A stretch of 63,433 nt of DNA, filler included, from Collodictyon triciliatum (GCA_043381765.1; 52 parts of 52 records of this genome joined end to end with filler, not necessarily neighbours in it), one strand, 5' to 3'. Shown: positions 1-11,218, counted from the whole stretch's first letter. Notes: a model not told the origin generated them from the sequence alone. A program made the numbers and translations.

Positions 1-160
1 TCAAAAAGTTTGCAACTTTTGTTTTCCACAATTTAGAATATTTTATATTTAACTAATATACTCTTGGATGTTATGTAAAAAATAGTACTCATAGAAAGCC
101 TTCATAATTGCTCACCAAATCTCTTTATTATACATAAAATCACCGCGATTATGTCACCAG

Positions 161-1127
161 ATATCTTTTCGCGGTGGATTAAGATCAATTTCAGACATAC
201 TAGTCAATTCTATCTCACTTGGTCAGAGCCCGAACTTGCGAATACCGCAGATTTGGCCCAAGCTTATGTGGTTGGATTGCTCAAATAATGGATTGACATC
301 TCTAGATAAATCGTTGGTAGGAATTTTACATATTGGAAAAGCCTTTTTCTATTATTATAATTACTTTAGACAACCTTCTAGTACTTCCCTGAGTGTTTTT
401 TTTTTTTATTTTCATTCCTTAATTGCTATATCATATCCTTACGAATATCCCTATTAATCTATCGCTCAGAAATTTTTGCCGGCGCTTCAGTATATCAACT
501 TGAGCCATAACAACTTGACTATCGTCCCATTTCTGGATGATTGCTACAAACTTTCTCACATAGATATGTCATATAACCAAATGAGTTCCCTAAGCGAGAT
601 ATTCTTGTTCCTTGGTTGCATCACACATTTCAACCTTTGTTCCAATGGAATAGCCTCGACACTAGGATTGGAAAAGATGCTGGGACTAGTGGTAATCATA
701 TTCCTGTGTCTTTGCGCATCATTACAAACATGCAAATTCGATCAATCATCCCATGCTGATGATGCTATTGTTAATATTAATCATGAATTCTTCAAACATT
801 CTTTTCATTCGACAGAAATTGGACCTAAGTTACAACCTGATTTCAGACATCACTGAAGTTGAGCGTCTTCGTGACCTTCCCTTTCTTACTCACCTCATTC
901 TAGAAGGAAATCCTCTGTCTAATTCCCCTAACTACAGAACCGCTGTCCTTCATGTTTTTGCAGTAAAGAGAAATGTATGTTTGCTTCGAAGGGCCATGTT
1001 TGCATCAGCTTGAATTATCCTGAATTATTATTGAGGTTTATTTATTTCTTAAAAAAACATTAGTTTGTTCTCGACGACTCTCCTGTTATGGATACGGAAA
1101 CCATCGACCTTCTATCTATCACACCAA
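161..1127 (+). CDS. LRR protein, nischarin/STK11IP-like LRR region (partial; exons ~161-316, 470-691, 816-974, 1064-1127)
   Basis: GT-AG splicing gives WPKLMWLDCSNNGLTSLDKSL/KFLPALQYINLSHNNL...LGLV/KLDLSYNLISDITEVERLRDLPFLTHLILEGNPLSNSPNYRTAVL.../FVLD: SDS22-like LRRs plus an LRR cap. Confidence 0.8.
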
Positions 1128-1227
1128 NNNNNNNNNNNNNNNNNNNNNNNNNNNNNNNNNNNNNNNNNNNNTTAATTAATTAANNNNNNNNNNNNNNNNN
1201 NNNNNNNNNNNNNNNNNNNNNNNNNNN
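1128..1227. other. Artificial contig linker (N44-TTAATTAATTAA-N44); first of 51 copies spaced about every 1.22 kb
   Basis: The same 100-nt spacer with stops in all six frames recurs throughout; flanking contigs are unrelated and roughly ordered by decreasing length. Confidence 0.98.
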
Positions 1228-2454
1228 ATCCCTCCTACCATTTTTTTTTCTATTCTTTCTCCTTTTTCTTCTTCCTTTTTACTTTGTTTTTCTCGTTGTA
1301 CTTTCTATAGTTCCATAGCCATCAGTTATGGCACGTCTGCATAGTTGGTGCTGCTTATGTCTGGTATTTGGGCTGTGCCAAATACGCCGAGTTCATCGAG
1401 ACGAAGGAATGCCCATCTGACCTTGTTTCTGTGTAGTTCTAATCAGCATTGCTTTTTAGCACAACTATCCAAAATCAAAACCATGACTCACCCATCTCAT
1501 CACCTCCCCAACTCCCTTTCTCACAGTTCCTCTTCCCCCTTCCCACAAGAATTGCAACCACACACCCTTAACAAAACCCAGTGCCATTTACAAGCTACAA
1601 GCACTGCTTTTCGCCTCCCAAAACCTACTTTATAAACAAAACCACACAAACCGACAAGGTGACATCATCCGGGTCTTATATATCCTTTATGCATTTCTGT
1701 ATTTATTGAAACGGTGCAGAAGCAAAAGTCAGGCGCTGAAGAATATAACCTTACCATTGTAGATAAGAGATATACACGCATCAAGAAAATCGCTTGTTTA
1801 CTCAACGCAGAAGAAAATATAAATGGCTGCATTATCTCTTAAATGCTTTTTTCCTCTAATACAGCCATTGATTTTGTAAGTCGGTGGCATTCTATGTTTG
1901 CCACGTTCTGAAGGAGCCGTCTTTGCTTCCTGTGATGAGGAGGATAGAGCCTTGGTCGACTACGATTCCAGATAGTGAGTCTTGTGCGATGATGAAGATG
2001 ATAGCAAAAGATATTTATATGTTTATTTATCTGCAGATGGAAAGTCTGTTTCGACTGAGAAATTGGGTACATACTTCCCGCGACGATGCAAGAGATGGGA
2101 GAAGAGCCTCCGCGATAGCAGCCATTGGCTTCGCCCTTGGTTGATAAATCAATTCATTAATAGATATATCTTTAATAGCCAAGTTTTTCATTGGGACTGG
2201 TACAGCTTAGTAGAAAGAAAAAAGAAAAGAAGAAAAGAAGAAAAGAAGAAAAAAGAGAGAAAAGAAGAGAAAAGAAGAGAAAAGAAGAGAAAAGAAGAGA
2301 AAAGAAGAGAAAAGAAGAGAAAAGAAGAGAAAAGAAGAGAAAAGAAGAGAAAAGNNNNNNNNNNNNNNNNNNNNNNNNNNNNNNNNNNNNNNNNNNNNTT
2401 AATTAATTAANNNNNNNNNNNNNNNNNNNNNNNNNNNNNNNNNNNNNNNNNNNN

Positions 2455-2668
2455 GGCGCACTCGCGGGTGCGGTGGACTTCGCACAGCTGCTCCAGCAGA
2501 CGCAGGCGTGTGGCATGCGTCAGTGTCTCAGTGTACTCGCCCACAAGGCGCACCACGCAGCCGGCCGGGTAGAGTCCCTTCTGCTGCAGTCCCGCTGCTC
2601 GCTCCACCGGTCGCGTCCGGTAGTGCTCGTAGACCACATTCTCGTCGTCAAGTTGAGGCTTGGTTGCT
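2455..2668 (-). CDS. GC-rich coding segment of unknown function (partial)
   Basis: Open frame ATKPQLDDENVVYEHYRTRPVER...HRTRECA with strongly G/C-ending codons; no ATG and no recognised domain. Confidence 0.4.
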
Positions 2669-2674
2669 ATATGT

Positions 2675-2757
2675 GTGGTTTTTGTGCAAAACCAAAGGGA
2701 AACGTGGTTTTTGTGCAAAACCAAAGGGAAACGTGGTTTTTGTGCAATACCAAAGGG
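2675..2757. repeat. Three tandem 29-bp units, each with an internal inverted repeat
   Basis: GTGGTTTTTGTGCAAAACCAAAGGGAAAC starting at 2675, 2704 and 2733; the third copy has one substitution and is shortened. Confidence 0.92.
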
Positions 2758-3146
2758 GAGGTCGCGCAAAACTTGGTTCGGGTGTTGTGAGTTTGGTCGG
2801 AGATGCGCCAAAATTAAAAATGCTGTCCAAACCCTCAATTTTTTTTTCTGGTAGAACCCTGGGCGTTTTCGGAATTTAATAACTTACTATGGAATGACAA
2901 AATAATATCGTAATTAAAATGTCGTAAATACGTTAGACGGAATTGATTTTGCCCATAAATGTAGCGATTGTAACGTTTATTCCATTTGTGGAAATTATAG
3001 AATTATGATATAGTTTTCTAAATATGTTCTAAATTTTGTGCCTCTCTTATATATCATTTTCGAAAAATCCAATAATAGGTATACAGTGTTCGTCCACCTC
3101 AAGCTCTATTTATTCGCTAACTATGAGAAACAAACGGTATCGTTAA

Positions 3147-3581
3147 GCGCCTGACGGAAAACACAAGCCGCGACCCGTCGAACGCTTCTCAAGTTGCAGC
3201 CTGTTCTTTTGGTTCCAACATTGGTGCGTAGAGACCCCGAGTCGCACGCAAGTCTAGGAAACCCCGTGCAAGGAAGCCGCCTGAAAGTCTGTCTGAGTGG
3301 ACAGTATTCTTGCTTGGGGTCGAGCAAGTCTTTTACAACAAGAACAAGACCGCAGACTCACAGATGCGCTCGCATCCTTTTTGAAAGCGAACATGCTTCG
3401 GGAAGAGTCCATCCAATTGCGCTTACCGGACAGCGAAGGCCTTTGCCTGATCGCCTTCCGCACTGCAAAAAACGCCCGAAAGCTTGTGGAGCTGAAGCAG
3501 GTAAGTTTGATCGATATTACGATCAGCTTCAGCAGAAGTAAACCAACAGAGACCTCGGCGATGCTCTACGAACTACCGCTG
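3147..3581 (+). mobile_element. Repeat family A (LINE ORF1-like), degenerate 5' copy
   Basis: High DNA similarity to 6134-6590 and 22200-22639; ATG mutated to ACG, small deletions. Confidence 0.85.
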
Positions 3582-3914
3582 NNNNNNNNNNNNNNNNNNN
3601 NNNNNNNNNNNNNNNNNNNNNNNNNTTAATTAATTAANNNNNNNNNNNNNNNNNNNNNNNNNNNNNNNNNNNNNNNNNNNNATTGTGAGTGACCTATTTA
3701 GCGGGCGTGATATTAGATTCGAATCACCCATCACCCGGTTCACTAATGATTTAAAAGGTACGAAATAGTGTAATACTTTGTATATATATCCAAAAATTTT
3801 ACTCATAGCGTCTGATTCTATAACTTTCTCTCCATTTTTTTCCCATTTCCTACTCGTTATTTAGACGGAGTCTACCATCGGCGAATTTCAAAGTATCGTA
3901 AAAGAATAGAAACG

Positions 3915-4325
3915 ATGGAAAAGAGCCTCTATCTAGAAAAGCTTCGTGATTATCATGACCAAAACGTTTTGTTATCCATGGAGTATGCAAAGAAATTACA
4001 AAACCCATCCGAGCTAGAGGGCTTAGATTACTATGGTCGGCTTGTATCTCAGTGTGATGACGAGATTGACGAGACTCAACGACTAGATGATTTAAAGGAG
4101 ACCCTAATTCATGAAAAAAGCATTAAATCACAAATGATTCAGAATATGGAAAGCCGGCTGAATCAATCAATCGAAGCGATAAACAGCTTCCCATCTTTTC
4201 ATAACTCTATGTATGATTCCGTTGACATTGATCAAAATATGATAGACGAACAAAAGATATCGAATTCAACACCCACTTCACTAACGCATGTAATTTTATA
4301 TAATGCAGTCAATATGGATACATGA
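3915..4325 (+). CDS. Uncharacterised coiled-coil-like coding segment
   Basis: 136-aa E/K/Q/L-rich ORF with an AG acceptor shortly upstream; no family recognised. Confidence 0.4.
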   Translation: MEKSLYLEKLRDYHDQNVLLSMEYAKKLQNPSELEGLDYYGRLVSQCDDEIDETQRLDDLKETLIHEKSIKSQMIQNMESRLNQSIEAINSFPSFHNSMYDSVDIDQNMIDEQKISNSTPTSLTHVILYNAVNMDT

Positions 4326-4750
4326 ATTCAAGTGATGAAATTGAGGAAGAAACACCTTGTACAACGATTAATCCGTTTGTATTTTCTAGATTGATACAAT
4401 ATTTAACCAGTCATTATATTCTTTTTTTCATCGAAAAAAGAAAGAAATCTGACGATTTTTTATATGTATAGCATGTCCTTATGTGAGAATCATGAAGGTA
4501 GATTATTATCTCATAATCTTTTGATTAAATTATTATTATGTATTATGTATTATGTATTATGTATTATGTATTATGTATTATGTATTATGTATTATGTATT
4601 ATGTATTATGTATTACTCTCACATAATTGTTTTTTTTCTTTTCAACAGTTTATTGAGAGGAAATACTCTCACATAATTGTATTAATTCGTTGCTAACTTA
4701 ATATTAGATTATGTTGCAGGTGCATCTCAGGTTGACTATTCTTGATACAT

Positions 4751-4789
<39 letters not shown>

Positions 4790-4907
4790 TTTTTTTTTTT
4801 TAAATTTNNNNNNNNNNNNNNNNNNNNNNNNNNNNNNNNNNNNNNNNNNNNTTAATTAATTAANNNNNNNNNNNNNNNNNNNNNNNNNNNNNNNNNNNNN
4901 NNNNNNN

Positions 4908-5025
<118 letters not shown>

Positions 5026-5039
5026 AAATAAATTAAACC

Positions 5040-5929
5040 TCATCGATGCATATTCATTCATTTTTTCTTGTTCAATTCTTTTCAATATATCGATTTGTTC
5101 CTTGATAAACTCTTCATCTGAGCCTTTTCCATCCACCACGACAGGAGGTTTCTAATTTGTTCATATTCAAATTGCTGTAAATATAAATGCTGATCATTCG
5201 AGATGTGAGCGGATATATAAAATTTGACCAGAACTAGGCCTATAAAATGTCACGAATAAGAGGAAAATATTCTACCTGGTTCGAGGTTCCAACAGCCAAA
5301 GAACTCCTGGGCAAACAAGTTATATGAATACCAAAAATGATTAGAATTTGACCATATTACAGACAAATTAAACTACAAAAAATAAACATAGATGTATAAT
5401 TAAATAAACATGCAATTCGAAATTCATCACAACTAAACCCACCCGCCCTTTTCTACCAACACAATATGGACAATTGAAATCGGCGGACCAGGTTCAAATT
5501 ACAGATATATGTTTCATTTCAATGTAAATTTGATTCATAAAAATGAGGTGTAAAGCAAACAAACAAACAAACAAACAAACAAACAAACAAACAAACAAAC
5601 AAACAAACAAACAAACAAACAAACAACTAATTATAAACAAACCTATTTCTGGCATAATATGCTGCTTTATGGGCAACTATGGTTACAACAATCAGAATTG
5701 AGCGACTCAACTTAAATTTTAATCAAACAAGAAAAGGAAAGGCATCAAAGAAAGGATGATATTTAGAAGGACAAATACATACATGTGCCAGAGGCCTCTC
5801 GCGGGATGAGGCTTCGTATGTCAAGATCTCCATATCGTCACCACATGCTGCGAAGTGCTCCAAGATTTGAGTAAAGAGGAACGTGCGTCGACACTTTGGA
5901 CAGCGGAAAACCGAGGGAGAAGAGCTCAT
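5040..5929 (-). CDS. Protein with N-terminal UBZ-like C2HC zinc finger (partial; exons 5929-5783 and ~5151-5040)
   Basis: MSSSPSVFRCPKCRRTFLFTQILEHFAAC (C-x2-C-x11-H-x3-C) ends at a GTATGT donor; later exon reads SDEEFIKEQIDILKRIEQEK. Confidence 0.5.
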
Positions 5930-6133
5930 CTGATGAAGTGTCTTTTTTTTTTTTTTTAAAAAAAAAACAAAACAAAACAATAAAACAATAAAACAATAAA
6001 ACAATAAAACAATAAAACAATAAAACAATAAAANNNNNNNNNNNNNNNNNNNNNNNNNNNNNNNNNNNNNNNNNNNNTTAATTAATTAANNNNNNNNNNN
6101 NNNNNNNNNNNNNNNNNNNNNNNNNNNNNNNNN

Positions 6134-7258
6134 CCTGATGGAAAACACGAGCCGAGACGGGGAGATCGGCGCAAGCCGCGACCCGTCGAAGGCTTTGCAA
6201 GTTGCAGCCAGCTCTTCTGGTTCCAACACTGGCGCGGAGAACTCCCGAGTGGCACGCAAGTCTAGGAAGACTCATGCAAGGAAGCCGCCTGCAAGTCTGT
6301 CTGAGCGGACAGTATTTTTGCACGGGGTCGAGCAAGTCGTTTATAACAAGAACAAGGCCCGCAGGCTCACAGATGCGCTCGCCTCCTTCCTGAAAGCGAA
6401 CAAACTTTGGGAAGAGTCCATCCAATTGCGCTTACCGGACAACGAAGGTCTTTGCCTGATCGCCTTCCGCACTGCAGAGAACGCCCGAAAGCTTCTGGAA
6501 CTAAAGCAGGTAAGTTTGAGCGATATTACAATCAGCTTCGGCAGAAGTAAACCAACAGAGAACTCGATGATGCTCTACCAACTAACGCTGGACGTGTGGC
6601 CGCAACTCCTTCGTGAGGAGCTGAAGCCGTTCAGACCGACCCACGTGGAGATCAAAAAGGACAAAGGCTTCTTCACAGGCACGGCCGTGGTGAAGCTTCT
6701 CTACCACAAGAACCAGCTCCCTGTAAAGTTACGGTCATGGGCAAAAAGTGTCCAAAGCGCATCCTCAAGAAGCGTCCGCCAGCCGCGAACAACGAACGAC
6801 AAGTAAAAGCCCCGCAAAAGAATGCACCTGCCAAGCAGACAAGCAGCAACGGGGTCAAGGAAGCCAAGGCCAGGCAACAACTGAGCCCGCAAGACTCACA
6901 GCAGATACGCGCATACAGCAACAGCAACAATGACATGGAAGGAAATCTCGGTTCCTCTTCAGAATCCTCGCACTCGAGCCATCCACCGCCAATACCGGAC
7001 AAGCTCGTACATCGCAAGACCCAAGAGCAGCGCATCTCCAAACCCCGAAAAAAAATCCCCCTTAAACTACCCATTCAGACTGACGTGAATATGGTTAACA
7101 TAGGAGGCATAAAGGCAGTCTTCGTTACTTATCCGAAAGGATACTTCAAAGCGAAGGCAACACAAGAACCAGCGCCCACCAAAGATAGTCTGTTTATCCT
7201 GCCCCAGCCCGTCGCACCGAGAACCAAGGAGCAAGAGCAAACAGCACAAGTCGAATCC
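6134..7258 (+). mobile_element. Repeat family A, longest copy: LINE ORF1-like protein with a 1-nt frameshift near 6730
   Basis: ORFs 6138-6806 and 6737-7258 join if the T present in the copies at ~10725 and ~22065 (AAGTTTACG versus AAGTTACG) is restored; two RRM-like alpha/beta blocks then a basic disordered tail; intronless and multicopy. Confidence 0.8.
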
Positions 7259-7358
7259 NNNNNNNNNNNNNNNNNNNNNNNNNNNNNNNNNNNNNNNNNN
7301 NNTTAATTAATTAANNNNNNNNNNNNNNNNNNNNNNNNNNNNNNNNNNNNNNNNNNNN

Positions 7359-7575
7359 CCATCGCTTGCCCCGAAGGCGGACAAAGCAGTCTTCGTCTTT
7401 GAAGAGTTCGTTCTCAATCGCACTTTTTGATCGCGGTACGTCAGCCACGAATGATCGATCGGGAGGTTTCGTTTCCCGATGCAAGCTCGACCCTGCACGA
7501 GGTTGACTGGCGCCAGCCTCGCGCCTGGTCTCACTGAAGTCCATCGATGGTTGAATTAAGCCAGCCGAGATCGAA
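7359..7575 (-). mobile_element. Repeat family B (LINE ORF1-like), 5' end
   Basis: Highly similar to 17526-17689; ORF starts MDFSETRREAGASQPR at 7544. Confidence 0.75.
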
Positions 7576-7582
7576 TAGCAAA

Positions 7583-8108
7583 GTCTTCGTTACTTATCTG
7601 AAAGGATACTCTAAAGCGAAGGCAACACAAGAACCAGCGCCCACCAAAGATAGTCCGTTTATCCTACCCAGCCCGTCGCGCCGAGAACCAAGGAGCAAGA
7701 GCAAACAGCACAAGCCGAATCCAAGCTTGGAACTTCACACACCAAAGACAATCCGAACAAGCAGGAGCGTATGTTTCTAAAACCACAAACGCGTATCCAT
7801 ACTCTGATTAAGCAAAGTCCACTGCCGGCTACGCATGATTCCGAAACCAGGGGACGGCCAAGCGTCACTTCCGATAATACCAGACAAACAACGATGCATC
7901 GCTTTCTGTCTGAGTCGCCCATCAAGAAACGCAAGGAAAGGAACCCGTTGTCCCCTCAAAAGACTCATCCTGTGGAATGAAATAGGATGTAAACCTTGTC
8001 TGAGACAGATGGTTGAATAGACTCGTCGGAGTCGATTTGAGAATTAACTGTCATGCGCGTAATTTCATCGACCCGACAACTTTATCCGCTCTTCTGTCAG
8101 TCTCGAAT
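7583..8108 (+). mobile_element. Repeat family A, ORF1 C-terminus and downstream segment
   Basis: Overlaps 7118-7258 and matches the reverse complement of 9808-10335; ORF1 ends ...SPQKTHPVE* at 7980. Confidence 0.85.
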
Positions 8109-8583
8109 GCAACCAGAAATCGCGCTGGAGCTGATTCACCTTCGGTAGAATAGTTTGCGTGTGAGAACAAACACTCTCTCTCCTTTCTTTCTTTTTTTCT
8201 TTTTTCTTTTTTTTCTTTTTTTCTTTTTTTCTTTTTTTCTTTTTTCTTTTTTTCTTTTTTTCTTTTTTTCTTTTTTTCTTTTTTTCTTTTTTCCTTTTTT
8301 TCTTTTTTCTTTTTTCTTTTTTTCTTTTTTTCTTTTTTCTTTTTTTTCTTTTATTTCTTTTTTTTCTTTTTTTCTTTTTTTCTTTTCTTCTTTTTCTTCT
8401 TTTTTTTCTTTTTTTTCTTTCTTTTATTCTTTCCTTTTTCTTGCTCAGATTGTTTTGTGGATGGTCGTGAACCTTTGCATTGCNNNNNNNNNNNNNNNNN
8501 NNNNNNNNNNNNNNNNNNNNNNNNNNNTTAATTAATTAANNNNNNNNNNNNNNNNNNNNNNNNNNNNNNNNNNNNNNNNNNNN

Positions 8584-9333
8584 GACGAGGGAACAGTTGA
8601 TTATTTGTATGATAAGGCAAAACAACAGGAAATGCGCAATTTTGATGCCTGGTATGCCACGATTTTTGATCACCGCGACCCAGCGCAACTTAAATTGTCG
8701 CGCGAAATTAATCCTGGATGGTTTGACCGGAGAGTCAAAGCTATTGACGAATCGCTTGATTTTCAGAAAAAAATTGCAAGGATGAATCTGATGGGCATAA
8801 GAAACCAGGAAGATGTGTTGACGGCATATGCTATAGCCACAGGACGCATAGAACCAGCTTTGTATAATACAAACTTTATGCAGCCTACACAACAAGACCA
8901 AGAGTTGAGAGATCGTCAATACGTTAAGGGAATGTTTGCGCCCAGATTGTTTGATGATTACATCAAACCGGCACAGCAATTAGTTGGTGCAACAGATCCA
9001 CTGAATCATTCTAATTTCGCAGCGCCTACAGGAGGAAATATCAATCTAGCAACGTTCAAACAAATGATGCGGGGACGACAAACTGCACCAATATTGACTG
9101 GAGGACTTTCACAAGAGAAAGTGCAAAACATTACGGCTAAAGAAAATAGTATATTACGCCCATACCAAACAGATTTAAGTATGAGTAAAGGAAGAGCAAA
9201 TCGAACTGGAGCAAATAGAAGTGCATCATTTGGAGTTGCTGAATCGTTGTATTTACCAACACCAGGAGCACAACAAAGACCAGCAAGAGGAACAGGTACA
9301 ATGGTACAGGATTATTTAGGCTTAGATCAATAA
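8584..9333 (+). CDS. Intronless hypothetical protein, virus-like (5' partial, 249 codons open from the contig edge)
   Basis: Open from 8584 (DEGTVDYLYDKAKQQEMRNFDAWYATIFDHRDP...) to TAA 9333; A-rich codons, no introns or microsatellites, only 38 bp to the next gene. Confidence 0.8.
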   Translation, partial: DEGTVDYLYDKAKQQEMRNFDAWYATIFDHRDPAQLKLSREINPGWFDRRVKAIDESLDFQKKIARMNLMGIRNQEDVLTAYAIATGRIEPALYNTNFMQPTQQDQELRDRQYVKGMFAPRLFDDYIKPAQQLVGATDPLNHSNFAAPTGGNINLATFKQMMRGRQTAPILTGGLSQEKVQNITAKENSILRPYQTDLSMSKGRANRTGANRSASFGVAESLYLPTPGAQQRPARGTGTMVQDYLGLDQ

Positions 9334-9341
9334 ATATAAAA

Positions 9342-9353
9342 ATAAAAATCTAG
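9342..9353 (+). promoter_or_regulatory. Candidate viral promoter motif ATAAAAATCTAG (TCTA core in AT-rich DNA)
   Basis: TCTA ends 19 nt before ATG 9372; identical 12-mer at 30908-30919 before ATG 30928. Confidence 0.45.
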
Positions 9354-9371
9354 ACTTAAATTAATAAAAAA

Positions 9372-9707
9372 ATGTTGTCAGTGTATAACAAATTGAAAAA
9401 AAGGAGCCAGCATCATAACAAAGCGTTGTTTGATCTGCAATACCCGTCGCGAAACGCAACCGATATAAACGACAGTAGACAGCCTTTAGAGCCGAAAAAA
9501 GGCAACAGCTGCAAGGCCGTGAACAAAGACGGAAGACGATGTGGCTTAAAATGCGTGGCAACTTACCCGTTCTGTTGGGTGCATTTGCGGGAACAGTATG
9601 GATTGCGTGTGAAGGAGAGCCACATACACAAGCACGACCCGAAAGGGCTATATATTACGGAGCCGGTGAAGGAAGGGGAGGTTATTGCGCCATACACTGG
9701 AGAAATA
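9372..9707 (+). CDS. C3H zinc-finger plus SET-domain protein (3' partial), virus-like
   Basis: CKAVNKDGRRCGLKCVATYPFCWVH followed by the SET N-terminal pattern GLRVKESHI...KGLYITEPVKEGEVIAPYTGEI. Confidence 0.78.
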
Positions 9708-9807
9708 NNNNNNNNNNNNNNNNNNNNNNNNNNNNNNNNNNNNNNNNNNNNTTAATTAATTAANNNNNNNNNNNNNNNNNNNNNNNNNNNNNNNNNNNNN
9801 NNNNNNN

Positions 9808-10931
9808 TATTCGAGACTGACAGAAGAGCGGATAAAGTTGTCGGGTCGATGAAAGTACGCACATGGCGGTTACTTATCAAATTGATTCCGACGAGTCCTT
9901 TCAACCGTCTATCTCAGACAAGGTTTACATCCTATTTCATTCTACAGGATGAGTCTTTTGAGGAGACAACGGGTCACTTTCCTTGCGGTTTCTTGCTGTA
10001 CGACTCAGGCAGAAAGCGATACATCGTTGTTTGTCTGGTATTATCGGAAGTGGCACTTGACCGTCCCCTGGTTTCGGAACCATGCGTAGCCGGCAGTGGA
10101 CTTTGCTTAACCGGAGTATGGCCATGCGTTTGTAGTTTAAGAAACATACGCTCCTGCTTGCTCGGACTGTCTTTAGTGTGTGAAGTTCCAAGCTTGGATT
10201 CGGCTTGTGGTGTCTGCTCTTGCTCCTTGGTTCTCGGTGCGACGGGTTGGGACAGGATAAACAGACTATCTTTGGTGGGCGCTGGCTCTTGTGTTGCCTT
10301 CGGTTTGGAGTATCCTTTTGAATAAGTAACGAAGACTGCCTTGTTGCTTCCTATGTTAATCATATTCACGTCAGTCTGAATGGGTAATTTAAGGGGGGAT
10401 TTCTTTTGGGGTTTGGAGATGCGCTGCTCTTGGGTCTTGCGATGTACGGTCTTGTCCGGTGTTGGCGGTGGAGGGCTCGAGTGCGAGGATTCTGAAGAGG
10501 AACCGAGATATCCTTCCATGTCATCATCGCTGTCGCTGTATGCGCGTATCTGCTGTGAGTCTTGTGGACAATGTTGTTGCCTGGCCTTGGCTTCCTTGAC
10601 CCCGTTGCTGCTTGTCTGCTTGGCGGGTGTATTATTTTTCGGGGCTTTTACTTGTCGTTCGTTGTTCGCGGCTGGCGGACGCTCTTTGAGGATGCGCTTC
10701 GGACACTTTTTGCCCATAGTCGTAAACTTTGCAGGGAGCTGGCTCTTGTGGCAAAGAAGCTTCACCGGCTGTATACTTGAAGAAGCCTTTGTCCTTTTTG
10801 ATATCCACGTGGGTCGGTCTGAACTGCTTCAGCTCCTCACGAAGGAGTTGTGACCACACGTCCAGCGGTAGTTGTTAAAGCAACACCGAGGTCTCTGTTG
10901 GTTTACTTCTGCTGAAGCTGATTGTAATATC
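9808..10931 (-). mobile_element. Repeat family A copy (central and C-terminal ORF1 plus downstream segment), with frameshifts
   Basis: Reverse complement matches 6521-7258 and 7583-8108. Confidence 0.88.
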
Positions 10932-11218
10932 NNNNNNNNNNNNNNNNNNNNNNNNNNNNNNNNNNNNNNNNNNNNTTAATTAATTAANNNNNNNNNNNNN
11001 NNNNNNNNNNNNNNNNNNNNNNNNNNNNNNNAGAAAGAAAAAGAGAAAGAAAAAGAGAAAGAAAAAGAGAAAGAAAAAGAGAAAGAAAAAGAGAAAGAAA
11101 AAGAGAAAGAAAAAGAGAAAGAAAAAGAGAGAGAGAAAGAGAAAAAAAATATAGATCACGAATGAAAACAGAGCCGCGCCAGGGTATTTATTTTTCTGGG
11201 GAAAGATAAGACCCGTAG

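Noticed and set aside
2675-2757. CRISPR array (29-bp palindromic repeats)
   Set aside because: Units are directly adjacent with no spacers, there are no cas genes, and the context is eukaryotic
6720-6740. Programmed ribosomal frameshift between ORFs 6138 and 6737
   Set aside because: Two other copies carry the extra T and read through in one frame, so this is a copy-specific deletion or sequencing error
6673-7074. Antisense ORFs over family A copies (also 9849-10325, 10380-10853)
   Set aside because: Shadow frames of the ORF1-like sequence with no independent protein features
8155-8535. Phe-, Lys-, Tyr- or Ile-rich ORFs here and at many contig ends (e.g. 36070, 45919, 49762, 53093, 55822, 61733)
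   Set aside because: These are translations of intronic microsatellites running into N linkers
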